This document shows positions 53,101 to 63,671 of a stretch of 64,000 nt of DNA, piece by piece; within the stretch, counting starts at the first letter, position 1, and every line of letters begins with the position of its first letter. Source of the DNA: Bilabrum cf. latius (taxonomy: Eukaryota); contig OZ237752.1 in the NCBI GenBank assembly GCA_965178125.1, forward strand, positions 310,001 to 374,000, given 5' to 3'. The notes under the pieces were generated by a model, which searched no databases, was not told the origin of the DNA, and saw only the letters and a program-made list of their open reading frames with translations. The position numbers and the translations under genes were made by a program.

Positions 53101-55891
53101 CGCCCTGCAGACGCAGCTCAACTCGATGATTCAGCATCTGGATGAATCTCCTTCTAGTTCCGCCTGCATCCCGAGCTATCCCGGCTCCCAAGACACAAGC
53201 GCTTCTCACGACCAGGCCACAACCTCCCAATGCCAAGTCACAAGATACATTGACTCCCATGCATCCTATCATCCCAGCCATATATACATTACATAATCTC
53301 ACCCAGTCCTCAGCATTCACATTGGCCCCCGCTGCCACAAGCGCACCCACCACGTCTGCATTGGCTGCCAAGTGCAGCGGGGTGCGCTCGTCCTGTGAGG
53401 AAGGAAAGCGAGAGACGGCAAGAAGGAATGACAAGGGATGGCAATATGAATTCAACAAGGGAAAGCAGCGAACGCAAGTCAGAACCCTAGCATCGGCGTA
53501 GGTCAATCCACCCATGGACGGGCCTCTCGCCCCCACAGAATCCGCTGCACCCACATGCCCCAGCACCAAGCCGGCACTGGCACCATTCCAGCATATCCAC
53601 CCCCAGTCCCATAAACAAATACACGACCTAATCCCTTGACCATCCGTCCAGCCATCCATCCAGGACTATGGCAAGACCCACCGGCCGTCATGCTCGCAAG
53701 CGGGGCGAAGCGCAGTCGGCTGAAGGCGGTAGATCGCGACTACAGATTGTGTCTATAATGCGCCCAGCAGACGCAGCTTGATGACAGGACTCATCATCTG
53801 GTTGGATCGCCGTCTTCTTCCGCCTGCATCCCGACCTATCCCGGCTCCCAAGACACAAGCGCTCCTCGACCACCTCACGGCCAGGCCGCACCATTCCCAT
53901 GCCGAGTCACAGAAGGAACACCAACTCCCATGCATCCAACCATCCCATCCATATACACATCATATCAACTCACCTTGTCTTCAGCATTCACATTGGCCCC
54001 CGCTGCCACAAGCGCACCCACCACATCGGCGTTGCCCTTTTCGGCTGCCACGTGCAGCGGTGTGTTCTTGTCCTGTGAGGAAGGAAAGCGAGGGAAGGCA
54101 AGAGGGTTGGGAAGTGATGGCAATGGAAGGCCAACAAGGCGAAGCAGCGAAGGCGAGTGGGAACCAGAGCATCGGAGCCGCGCAATCCACCCATGGACGG
54201 GCCTCTGGCCCCCACAGGTTCCGCTCCACCCACTCGCCCCAGCACCAAGCCGGCACTGGCACCATTCCAGCATATCCACTCCCAGTACCAAATACGATCG
54301 CACGACCAAATCATCAGACCATCCGTCCATCCGGGACTGCGGCAAGGCCGCCCGGCGGCCATGGTCCCAAGCTAGGCGAAGCGCCGCGGCAGTCGGCTGA
54401 AGGCGGTAGCTCGCAAATGTTGGATTCTGTGCATAGTGCGCCAAGCGGACGCAGCTCGATACGAGAACTCAGCGTCTGGTTAGATCGCCTTCTGGTTCCA
54501 CTTCACATCCCGACCTATCCCGGCTCCAAGACGCCCTTCCGTTTTGGTGCCCCTGGAAGCAGCCCTGGCCCAATGCACGCTGTCACACCCACTCAAGTCC
54601 GATTGGATGCGGCTGAGTACATATGTACAGCTAGTTAGAGGGATGTACTACTGCTGCACGATATCGATGAGCATAGCCTATGCTTCCCGCTGGCATCCAG
54701 CATCGGGGTGTTCGCAAGCCTGCTAGCCAGCCGTGGCAGCCTCATTCTGCCGGCGGGCGAAAGGAAGAGCTTGCTTGCGGTCCAAGTGCAATGCAATCAG
54801 CTCCAGAGACATTTCACCGGCCCCGTCTGCTTGTTGTCAGTATGGCACAACCCAATGCCCCCATGCTCCACAGCGCAGCCGCGCCGATCGAATGTCTCAT
54901 GGAGATGAAAGCAATTCACGGCCCAGTGAAGAGATCCACTCCAGTCATACACGAACAAAACGTCAAACACTGCCCGTCTGCTACCTGCAACCTATTGGTG
55001 CAGAAATCATTGCCAAGTATCCCACTACGCCGGAAGGAGGATTCCTCGCTCAAAGACACACCCCGCTGCATGAACCAGCTTAGTACCCACACGAAACGTG
55101 AGACAATACAAACTAGGGGCACACCACGAGCAGGTACCATGCATCCAAAACCATGTTAGAACCGATCTAGTTGCCCGTGATGGGCCTTTGAAGAGTGCTT
55201 TCACGTCGCCAAGAAGAAGAAGAAAGGCAACGACATTTGGAGCAAGATTCGCATCCGTGATAGACATGATTCACATATTCTGTGTAGGGACTCACGTCAT
55301 TTTGGGCATCGACTGCTCCCCCAGCCTCCACCAGCGGCACGATGCACGAGTTGTGTCCGTTGTGGCTCGCCCAATGCAGCGGGGTCCATTCCTGGCTGCC
55401 ACGAGGGCCCTGCGATCCTAGCAACGGCGCACACTTAAATATGACTATAGAACATGAACGCCGTAGCTTGTGGTTGGGCCAGTGGAGGGAAATAGCCAGG
55501 CACTCCAGATTGGTGGCGAAAAGTGACCAACGGCACGGCAATCCGTGATTCTGGCCGATATCAACACCCATATTTGCCAGTTAAAATGTGTGCACACTCA
55601 CGTCTCCTGTCACGTTCGCACTCGTCCCAGATGCCAGCGCAGACTGCAGGGCCTCCAAATGGCCGTTCTTGGCCGCTTCAAGAAGAGCAGCTGACCTGCA
55701 GAAGGTGTGAATTGCCATACATACCATTTCGCTTACTTCAATGTGAAGCGGAAACTGCAATTATCCTACACATTCGGAACACAGCTATCGAGCAATCCAG
55801 ACACCAAGTACACACGAATCGAGTCATAAATGCGTGCCCTTACTATCCATCAAGGAGACGATATGCATGGAACATTACAGAGTACTTACAT
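44182..55891 (-). CDS. Ankyrin-repeat protein (~731 aa, 19 exons, one ankyrin repeat per exon)
   Basis: Exons (-): 55891-55890 (AT), 55695-55602 (N-cap SAALLEAAKNGHLEAL), 55391-55296, 54072-53974, 53392-53303, 52734-52636, 52062-51973, 51432-51343, 50804-50706, 50119-50021, 49480-49382, 48786-48688, 48108-48010, 47427-47329, 46751-46662, 46166-46068, 45493-45395, 44923-44825, 44736-44182. Repeat exons are bounded by YAG and GTGAG, phase 0, with TPLxxAAxxGHADVV..LVAAGANV motifs. TAGs at 51973, 48781, 45395. Ends TAA. Confidence 0.85.
45260..54535. repeat. Tandem array of 14 exon+intron cassettes (~590-690 bp each) with homologous introns
   Basis: Recurring intron blocks (GCGCCGCGCAATCCACCCATGGACGGGCC, CCAAGCCGGCACTGGCACCATTC, GACTGCGGCAAGGCCGCCCGGCGG, CATCCCGAGCTATCCCGGCTCC) surround each 90/99-bp ankyrin exon. 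Confidence 0.95.
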
Positions 55892-56269
55892 GGTCCAAGG
55901 ATGCTGGCGAATGCGCCGTTGTTGTCGGCTAGTTTGAAGGGAAGTATCAGAAATCAGAAATAATTATCGGTTTAATTTTAGTTCTCGAATGAAGCAAAGC
56001 TCCACAGGACGACTGTTCTCTCTCTCAAGAGACAGCCTCAACAAGAAACTAGCGTAGATCTCTAAAAAAAAAACTAGCGAGTTGATCCATTCCGACTGGC
56101 GCCGCGCACATGCCAACAACGGAACGACCAGGAAGGACGGTCGCACGTCACGCACGATACGTGTTTGCAATCTGGAATCCGGGGCCAGGAATCCCGGGAC
56201 TCGGGCCCACCGCCCATGGCAAGCTGTTGTCTTTACCCCTAAACGTTTCAGGCCAAATACACTCATCAG

Positions 56270-57019
56270 TTACGATGTGTCTCCCCGCATCGCTTGCTGC
56301 CCCTCATCGCTCGGATCCTCGGGATCCCCCGTGCTATCCCGCATCGACGCTGCGCCTGGCTCTGGCTCTGGCTCTAGCTCTTGCTCTTGCTCTTGCTCTG
56401 CACCTGTGCCGGCCTAGCCGTCCCGACCAGCACCACCTCCAGGCCCAGTACCAGGAGTGCCAGCCGCAACAGACAGGGGTGTGGTCCCGGCCGCCACCGA
56501 TGACCCGCCTGCCCCCCCAACTCCCGGCCTACCTTCTGCCAAAGCAGCTGTGGATCCAACCCGAGGACCCCCCGCTTGTTCCACAGCTGCCGCCGCCCCG
56601 CCCATCGCTGCCCCCGATGCACCCGCGGTTGCTGGCCCCGGGCCTGCCCCCGGTGCCATGGCCCACGCCTTCCTGTCAGTGCCACCAGCGGCTCGCAGCC
56701 TCAGGTGCTCCACGTACCTGGCGTGCACCTGGCCGTTGCGCTTCGCGGCGATCGCTATGCCTCTCTCGATGGCCAAACAGGCTGCGTATCTGCCCATGGC
56801 TGCCATGCTTGGATCTCCCATCATGAAGGGGTGTGTGGCGATCTTCGCCATGGAAGGCCGCTAGCTTGCAACTTCCCGCACCATGAAAGTGCAAAAATCC
56901 TGCGCCGCGGGGGGTAGCCTCATGTACCCTGGGAGCTCTCTGATCTGCCTGTGGAGCTCCTTCTCTCCCAGCGACTGGCCCTTGCGCGGCATGTTACCGC
57001 ACAAGAGCCCCACCGCGCA
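56270..57019 (-). pseudogene. 3' half of kinase paralog B, disrupted by a mobile element
   Basis: CAVGLLCG...AAQDFC...AS-Q(TAG)-RPSMAKIATHPFMMGDP aligns with paralog A (CAVRLLCG...AAKDFC...EDRPSIAEMVTRPFMMGEP). TAGs at 56861 and 56414. Ends TAA at 56270-56272. Confidence 0.85.
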
Positions 57020-57191
57020 TTAGCAGGTCTGGGGTTACAATCAGTAAGACCGGAACTGTAGAAACTGGGATTGATTTGCGTGAAGGCCGACTCATCTTCC
57101 CGAGGGTACGCCGAAGATACTGATCTCGGCAGTGCTCAAGAAGACACGTACTACAATGTAGTGTAGTTCTGAGTCAGCTTGCAAAAGTTTT
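57020..57191 (+). repeat. Split direct repeat A1 (left terminus)
   Basis: Matches 62792-62963 by eye (TTAGCAGGTCTGGGG...GCAAAAGTTTT). Confidence 0.95.
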
Positions 57192-57501
57192 AAAAGTTTT
57201 CGAGAGGCCTATCGGCTGGCTCCAAGGGCAATCGGGATGTGTTCGTCTCAGGTTGATCCCTATAAGGAAAAAGTAAACATAACCCATGTCAAACGCACGC
57301 TGGTATATGCACTTATTGCATAGTTGCTGCCAAAGGTCTGCTGCGAGTGCATTTCACCCGGCACTGCTTCATAACGCACACGGCACGTCAAGGCACAACA
57401 CTGCGCAACTCGACTTATGCTTGTATTGCATCCCAAAAACCATAGCAATGCCGCTAGTGAATCGTAAATCAAGATTATCATTAACATTGTGTCGCAAACG
57501 G

Positions 57502-60026
57502 GGCCTGCCACTGGCCACCTTGCTGCTGTGGGCAGCTTGGCGAGCCTGGGTGGGTTGCTGCGCGTCGTCCATTTGACGTCCGCTTGCTTTGTCTGTGATG
57601 GCGCCTTGATGCGCCTGCCACTGGCCACCTTGCTGCTGTGGGCAGCTTGGCGAGCCTGGGTGGGTTGCTGCGCGTTGTCCATTTGACGTCCGCTAGCCTT
57701 TGTCTGTGATGGCGCCTTGATGCGCCTGCCGCTGGCCGCCTTGCTGCTGTGGGCAGCTTGGCGAGCCTGGGTGGGTTGCTGCGCGTCGTCCATTTGACGT
57801 CCGCTTGCTTCTTCTTTGATGGCGCCTTGATGCGCCTGCCACTGGCCGCCTTTGCTGCTGTGGGCAGCTTGGCGAGCCTGGGTGGGTTGCTGCGCGTCGT
57901 CCACTTGACGTCCGCTTGCCTTTGTCTGTGATGGCGCCTTGATGCGCCTGCCACTGGCCACCTTGCTGCTGTGGGCAGCTTGGCGAGCCTGGGTGGGTTG
58001 CTGCGCGTCGTCCATTTGACGTCCGCTTGCCTTTGTCTGTGATGGCGCCTTGATGCGCCTGCCACTGGCCGCCTTGCTGCTGTGGGCAGCTTGGCGAGCC
58101 TGGGTGGGTTGCTGCGCGTCGTCCACTTGACGTCCGCTTGCCTTTGTCTGTGATGGCGCCTTGATGCGCCTGCCGCTGGCCGCCTTGCTGCTGTGGGCAG
58201 CTTGGCGAGCCTGGGTGGGTTGCTGCGCGTCGTCCACTTGACGTCCGCTTGCCTTTGTCTGTGATGGCGCCTTGATGCGCCTGCCACTGGCCACCTTGCT
58301 GCTGTGGGCAGCTTGGCGAGCCTGGGTGGGTTGCTGCGCGTCGTCCATTTGACGTCCGCTTGCCTTTGTCTGTGATGGCGCCTTGATGCGCCTGCCACTG
58401 GCCGCCTTTGCTGCTGTGGGCAGCTTGGCGAGCCTGGGTGGGTTGCTGCGCGTCGTCCATTTGACGTCCGCTTGCCTTTGTCTATGATGGCGCCTTGATG
58501 CGCCTGCCACTGGCCGCCTTTGCTGCTATGGGCAGCTTGGCGAGCCTGGGTGGGTTGCTGCGCGTCGTCCATTTGACGTCCGCTTGCCTTTGTCTTTGAT
58601 GGCGCCTTGATGCGCCTGCCACTGGCCGCCTTTGCTGCTGTGGGCAGCTTGGCGAGCCTGGGTGGGTTGCTGCGCGTCGTCCATTTGGCGTCCGCTTGCC
58701 TTTGTCTGTGATGGCGCCTTGATGCGCCTGCCACTGGCCGCCTTTGCTGCTGTGGGCAGCTTGGCGAGCCTGGGTGGGTTGCTGCGCGTCGTCCATTTGA
58801 CGTCCGCTTGCCTTTGTCTGTGATGGCGCCTTGATGCGCCTGCCATTGGCCACCTTGCTGCTGTGGGCAGCTTGGCGAGCCTGGGTGGGTTGCTGCGCGT
58901 CGTCCATATGACGTCCGCTTGCCTTTGTCTGTGATGGCGCCTGACTGCGCCTGCCACTGGCCGCCTTTGCTGCTGTGGGCAGCTTGGCGAGCCTGGGTGG
59001 GTTGCTGCGCATCGTCCATTTGACGTCCGCTTGCCTTTGTCTGTGATGGCGCCTGAATGCGCCTGCCACTGGACGCCTTCGCTGCTGTGCGCAGCTTGGC
59101 GAGCCTGGGTGGGTTGCTGCGCGTCGTCCATTTGACGTCCGCTTGCCTTTGTCTGTGATGGCGCCTTGATGTGCCTGCCACTGGCCGCCTTTGCTGCTGT
59201 GCGCAGCTTGGCGAGCCTGGGTGGGTTGCTGCGCGTCGTCCATTTGACGTCCGCTTGCCTTTGTCTGTGATGGCGCCTTGAAGCGTCTGCCATTGGCCAC
59301 CTTGCTGCTGTGCGCAGCTTGGCGAGCCTGGGTGGGTTGCTGCGCGTCGTCCATTTGACGTCCGCTAGCCTTTTTCTGTGATGGCGCCTTGATGCGCCTG
59401 CCACTGGCCGCCTTTGCTGCTGTGCGCAGCTTGGCGAGCCTGGGTGGGTTGCTGCGCGTCGTCCATTTGACGTCCGCTAGCCTTTTTCTGTGATGGCGCC
59501 TTGATGCGCCTGCCACTGGCCGCCTTTGCTGCTGTGGGCAGCTTGGCGAGCCTGGGTGGGTTGCTGCGCGTCGTCCATTTGACGTCCGCTTGCTTTGTCT
59601 GTGATGGCGCCTTGATGCGCCTGCCACTGGCCGCCTTTGCTGCTGTGGGCAGCTTGGCGAGCCTGGGTGGGTTGCTGCGCGTCGTCCATTTGACGTCCGC
59701 TAGCCTTTGTCTGTGATGGCGCCTTGATGCGCCTGCCACTGGACGCCTTCGCTGCTGTGGGCAGCTTGGCGAGCCTGGGTGGGTTGCTGCGCGTCGTCCA
59801 TTTGACGTCCGCTTGCTTTTGTCTGTGATGGCGCCTTGATGCGCCTGCCACTGGCCGCCTTTGCTGCTGTGGGCAGCTTGGCGAGCCTGGGTGGGTTGCT
59901 GCGCGTCGTCCATTTGACGTCCGCTTGCCTTTGTCTATGATGGCGCCTTGATGCGCCTGCCACTGGCCGCCTTTGCTGCTGTGGGCAGCTTGGCGAGCCT
60001 GGGTGGGTTGCTGCGCGTCGTCCATT
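57502..60026. repeat. Tandem array, 110-112-bp unit, ~22-23 copies, inside the element
   Basis: Unit GCGCCTTGATGCGCCTGCCACTGGCCGCC...GACGTCCGCTTGCCTTTGTCTGTGATG; starts at 57601, 57712, 57822, 57934 and onward. Unit length is not fixed at 3n. Confidence 0.96.
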
Positions 60027-60065
60027 GGATAACTTAAGGTTGTGTTACGATGCTCAACCGCGACA

Positions 60066-60408
60066 TCACTAGCCGCCAAGGAGGAGATGACCACCCCCAA
60101 GGCAGCCTGTGTGAGCAATTGCACCATATGCACCATGAAACAGCTCGACCAGAAGGTCTTGTCATAGCGACAGCACTAGCTGCCAAGGAGGAGATGACCA
60201 CCCCCAAGGCAGCCTGTGTGAGCAATTGCACCATATGCACCATGAAACAGCTCGACCAGGATGTCTTGTCATAGCGACAGCACTAGCTGCCAAGGAGGAG
60301 ATGACCATCCCCAATGCAGCCTGTGTGAGCAATTGCACCATATGCACCATGAAACAGCTCGACCAGGAGGTCTTGTCATAGCGACAGCACTGGCGGCCAA
60401 GGAGGAGA
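60066..60408. repeat. 107-bp tandem array, left block (~3 copies)
   Basis: Unit GCCAAGGAGGAGATGACCACCCCCAAGGCAGCCTGTGTGAGCAATTGCACCATATGCACC...GACAGCACTAGCT. Confidence 0.93.
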
Positions 60409-61225
60409 ACATCTACTAGCGGCGCGACGACAGCACCCCCAGCGCGAGGCGCAGAAGGGCCAGGTCACAGGGCAGCCGCGGTAGTAGGAAGCAGCACGAA
60501 CATCAGCACCGACGTAGCAGCAGCAAGGCGGCAGAGTGCCTCCGACGTTCGCACTAGAAGGAGAGGTCCGACTAGGTCACGGCGAAGGGGGACTCATACT
60601 GCCTGTCAAATCCACGGGACCATCCCTTGATGCTAGAGTTAGCCTTGGGGGGACCCGGGAGGAGGCTTCGAGGAATTAGTCGTCCGCTGTAAAGCAGGCC
60701 ACCCAGGAGCGAACTCTCGTAGCCCGTCAGGGAGCCAGAGCAGAGCACACCGAGAGGGCTATTGTGGAGCAACGTGGCGGCATGAACTCGCAGAGCAGCG
60801 CACTGAGGAGCATGCAAGTGCACAGTGGGGACAAACTGTATTGGATGCAGCCAGCTACATTCTCAATCTGCACCACGCAGTGTTGTCCGGTGGCGGAGGT
60901 GTTGCACGTCTTACGCAAGTATGGCGCGCCTTTCCACTGGTACCTCGAGCCTGACGCAGCGATCAAGGCTCCACGAGACGGTGGGGACGCCGACTGGCAC
61001 GAAGGTACCTCAACGCAATCAGCCCTGTTTACTGAGATTCGCAAGCAGGTTGAGGCAGGATTCATTCGAGTTACATCGACACCAGCAACATCAGATATGC
61101 CGAGAGCCTTGCTGGTCCGGAAGTACGCTTGGAAGCTCAGCCCCGGCGTGGGCATGCAGCGACGCATAGTACCAAGTGAATAGGCCAGGATCGTCGTGGA
61201 TTTCTCGGGACTACGACCACATGCA
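60401..61225 (+). pseudogene. Truncated reverse-transcriptase N-terminal fragment
   Basis: Frame is open under TAG=Q (TAGs at 60482, 60485, 60515, 60677, 61181). ALFTEIRKQVEAGFIR...PRALLVRK...Q-ARIVVDFSGL resembles early RT motifs (E...GxI; P..lVxK; RxxxDxxxL). Cut off before YxDD. Confidence 0.62.
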
Positions 61226-62135
61226 AAGGAGGAGATGACCACCCCCAAGGCAGCCTGTGTGAGCAATTGCACCATATGCACCATGAAACAGCTCGACCAG
61301 GAGGTCTTGTCATAGCGACAGCACTAGCTGCCAAGGATGAGATGACCACCCCCAAGGCAGCCTGTGTGAGCAATTGCACCATATGCACCATGAAACAGCT
61401 CGACCAGAAGGTCTTGTCATAGCGACAGCACTAGCTGCCAAGGAGGAGATGACCATCCCCAAGGCAGCCTGTGTGAGCAATTGCACCATATGCACCATGA
61501 AACAGCTCGACCAGAAGGTCTTGTCATAGCGACAGCACTAGCTGCCAAGGAGGAGATGACCATCCCCAATGCAGCCTGTGTGAGCAATTGCACCATATGC
61601 ACCATGAAACAGCTCGACCAGGAGGTCTTGTCATAGCGACAGCACTAGCTGCCAAGGAGGAGATGACCATCCCCAATGCAGCCTGTGTGAGCAATTGCAC
61701 CATGTACACCATTGAACAGCTCGACCAGGAGGTCTTGTCATAGCGACAGCACTAGCTGCCAAGGATGAGATGACCATCCCCAATGCAGCCTGTGTGAGCA
61801 ATTGCACCATATGCACCATGAAACAGCTCGACCAGGATGTCTTGTCATAGCGACAGCACTAGCTGCCAAGGATGAGATGACCATCCCCAAGGCAGCCTGT
61901 GTGAGCAATTGCACCATGTACACCATTGGACAGCTCAACCAGGAGGTCTTGTCATAGCGACAGCACTAGCTGCCAAGGAGGAGATGACCATCCCCAAGGC
62001 AGCCTGTGTGAGCAATTGCACCATGTACACCATTGAGCAGCTCGACCAGGAGGTCTTGTCATAGTAACAGCACTAGCTGCCAAGGAGGAGATGCCCATCC
62101 CCAAGGCAGCCTGTGTGAGCAATTGCACCATTTGC
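61226..62135. repeat. 107-bp tandem array, right block (~8.5 copies; degenerate copies continue to ~62340)
   Basis: Shadow ORFs recur at 107-bp spacing (61310, 61417, 61524, 61631, 61738). Confidence 0.95.
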
Positions 62136-62638
62136 AGGGACGCAGCTCGACAACAGAGTTTTGTAAGTTCCGGATGAACAGCACTAGCAACGACAGGACA
62201 AAATGAGCAGCACCATATGCACCATTTGTAAGCTAGACTGGGAGGTCCTGTCGAATGGATAGCACTAACAACGACGAAAGCGATGATCACTCCCGCAGCA
62301 ACCTGTGTACTTGAATGCATCTTAGGCACCAGTATTAAGCTCGGCGAGGATTTCGTATATAATTGACATCTCTGGTTGCGATCAACGACTAGGCTCATCG
62401 GTGGTACGGTGAATGCTGCAGATCAGCCACCATAACCTGACAGTTCAACACAACAGTCGATGCAAGTGGCTCCACGGTCGTCACCACCGACAGATGACTA
62501 CCACTAGTGGCAAGCAAAGCGGACAGCAGCCATCGTGGCGACTATATCCAAGGAGCGGATTAATGTGACCCACAGGTCAGTATGCGTAGGGCGGCAAGCC
62601 GCAGTGGCCACAGGTGGCCAAATCTGCGGGTCAGTACG

Positions 62639-62963
62639 GCGCAGGCTGCACCAGCAGCCGGGTCCCCTTGTGGCGCCACGGGTGGTCAACCGCCCGAGGA
62701 GCCGGGGCCCAGCACGCCCTCGCATTTTCTAGCAACCCTAACCGGAGGTTCTAGAACTGATTCGATGTAACGTACAAATCAATGTCAGTTTTTAGCAGGT
62801 CTGGGGTTACAATCAGTAAGACCGGAACTGTAGAAACTGGGATTGATTTGCGTGAAGGCCGACTCATCTTCCCGAGGGTACGCCGAAGATACTGATCTCG
62901 GCAGTGCTCAAGAAGACACGTACTACAATGTAGTGTAGTTCTGAGTCAGCTTGCAAAAGTTTT
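62639..62963 (+). repeat. Internal B1-A2 junction of the split direct repeats
   Basis: A copy of the element's right end is fused directly to a copy of its left end: ...ATGTCAGTTT|TTAGCAGG... at 62791/62792. Confidence 0.95.
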
Positions 62964-63518
62964 CCCGCCCACCCGCAAAGTGTAGAGGAAGTGCAGAGAG
63001 GAGTGTCATGACTCAAGTCCCTGAATGATGGGGCAAAGAGCCCACGCGTACCACAGCAATTTGGAGCGCGAGGACAGCCCAGGGCCTGCGATTTGGCGCA
63101 ACGATAGCGCATATCTTGCAGGGCAGGGATCATGACTCAACACCCAGAGGTACAGGGGTCGCCACCGGACACCGAAGGGCGGCACCCAGGATCGCGCGTG
63201 AGTTTGTCGGCATCCTCAGCCAACAAATCACACCGCGGGACAGTCAGCAGAAGACGGGGTCGTCATCTCAACGAGAGGGCGGCACCCAGGCATGGATAGT
63301 TTTCTTCCGGAACATTTTCGGTCTTTATAGTCCAGGCCATGCAGACACTCTGAGGGATTTGGATGTAGGGGTCGTCACCTCACTGAGAGGGCGGCACCGA
63401 GCTCGGGTGACTTTTCCCAGCCACTGGCTGGGTGTTTAGATCTTCGAGCGCATCTGCTTACATTGTATGATTGAATGATACCTCCGGTGGGTAGGCACTT
63501 TGCTTACCCGCGTCAGGC

Positions 63519-63671
63519 GCGCAGGCTGCACCAGCAGCCGGGTCCCCTTGTGGCGCCACGGGTGGTCAACCGCCCGAGGAGCCGGGGCCCAGCACGCCCT
63601 CGCATTTTCTAGCAACCCTAACCGGAGGTTCTAGAACTGATTCGATGTAACGTACAAATCAATGTCAGTTT
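63519..63671 (+). repeat. Split direct repeat B2 (right terminus)
   Basis: Matches 62639-62791 by eye (offset 880). Confidence 0.95.

Larger units (their letters stand above)
57020..63671 (+). mobile_element. Non-autonomous/degenerate Ngaro- or PAT-like (DIRS order, tyrosine-recombinase) retroelement with split direct repeats
   Basis: A1 57020-57191 = A2 62792-62963 (172 bp) and B1 62639-62791 = B2 63519-63671 (153 bp), in the order A1...B1A2...B2. Inserted cleanly in the kinase (GCGCA|CATGCCC, contiguous in paralog A at ~42929-42940) with no TSD. Carries an RT remnant; no intact gag or YR seen. Confidence 0.88.

Noticed and set aside
45395-54638. ORFs running through the ankyrin introns (e.g. 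45960..47006 -, 52784..53659 -)
   Set aside because: Only the 90/99-bp segments bounded by splice signals keep frame between copies; the flanks carry frame-breaking indels.
55040-55110. Plus-strand HTPLHEPA, a possible inverted ankyrin exon
   Set aside because: The match is too short, lacks the rest of the repeat, and has no convincing splice sites.
57502-62135. CRISPR array
   Set aside because: Units are head-to-tail with no unique spacers and are 107-112 bp long; no cas genes.
57260-62398. Long ORFs across the 111-bp and 107-bp arrays
   Set aside because: Unit lengths break frame between copies and the peptides cycle through all frames, so these are repeat artefacts.
57020-63671. LTR retrotransposon or TIR DNA transposon
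   Set aside because: The two termini differ from each other and are not inverted, there is no TG..CA and no TSD, and each terminus matches an internal copy instead.
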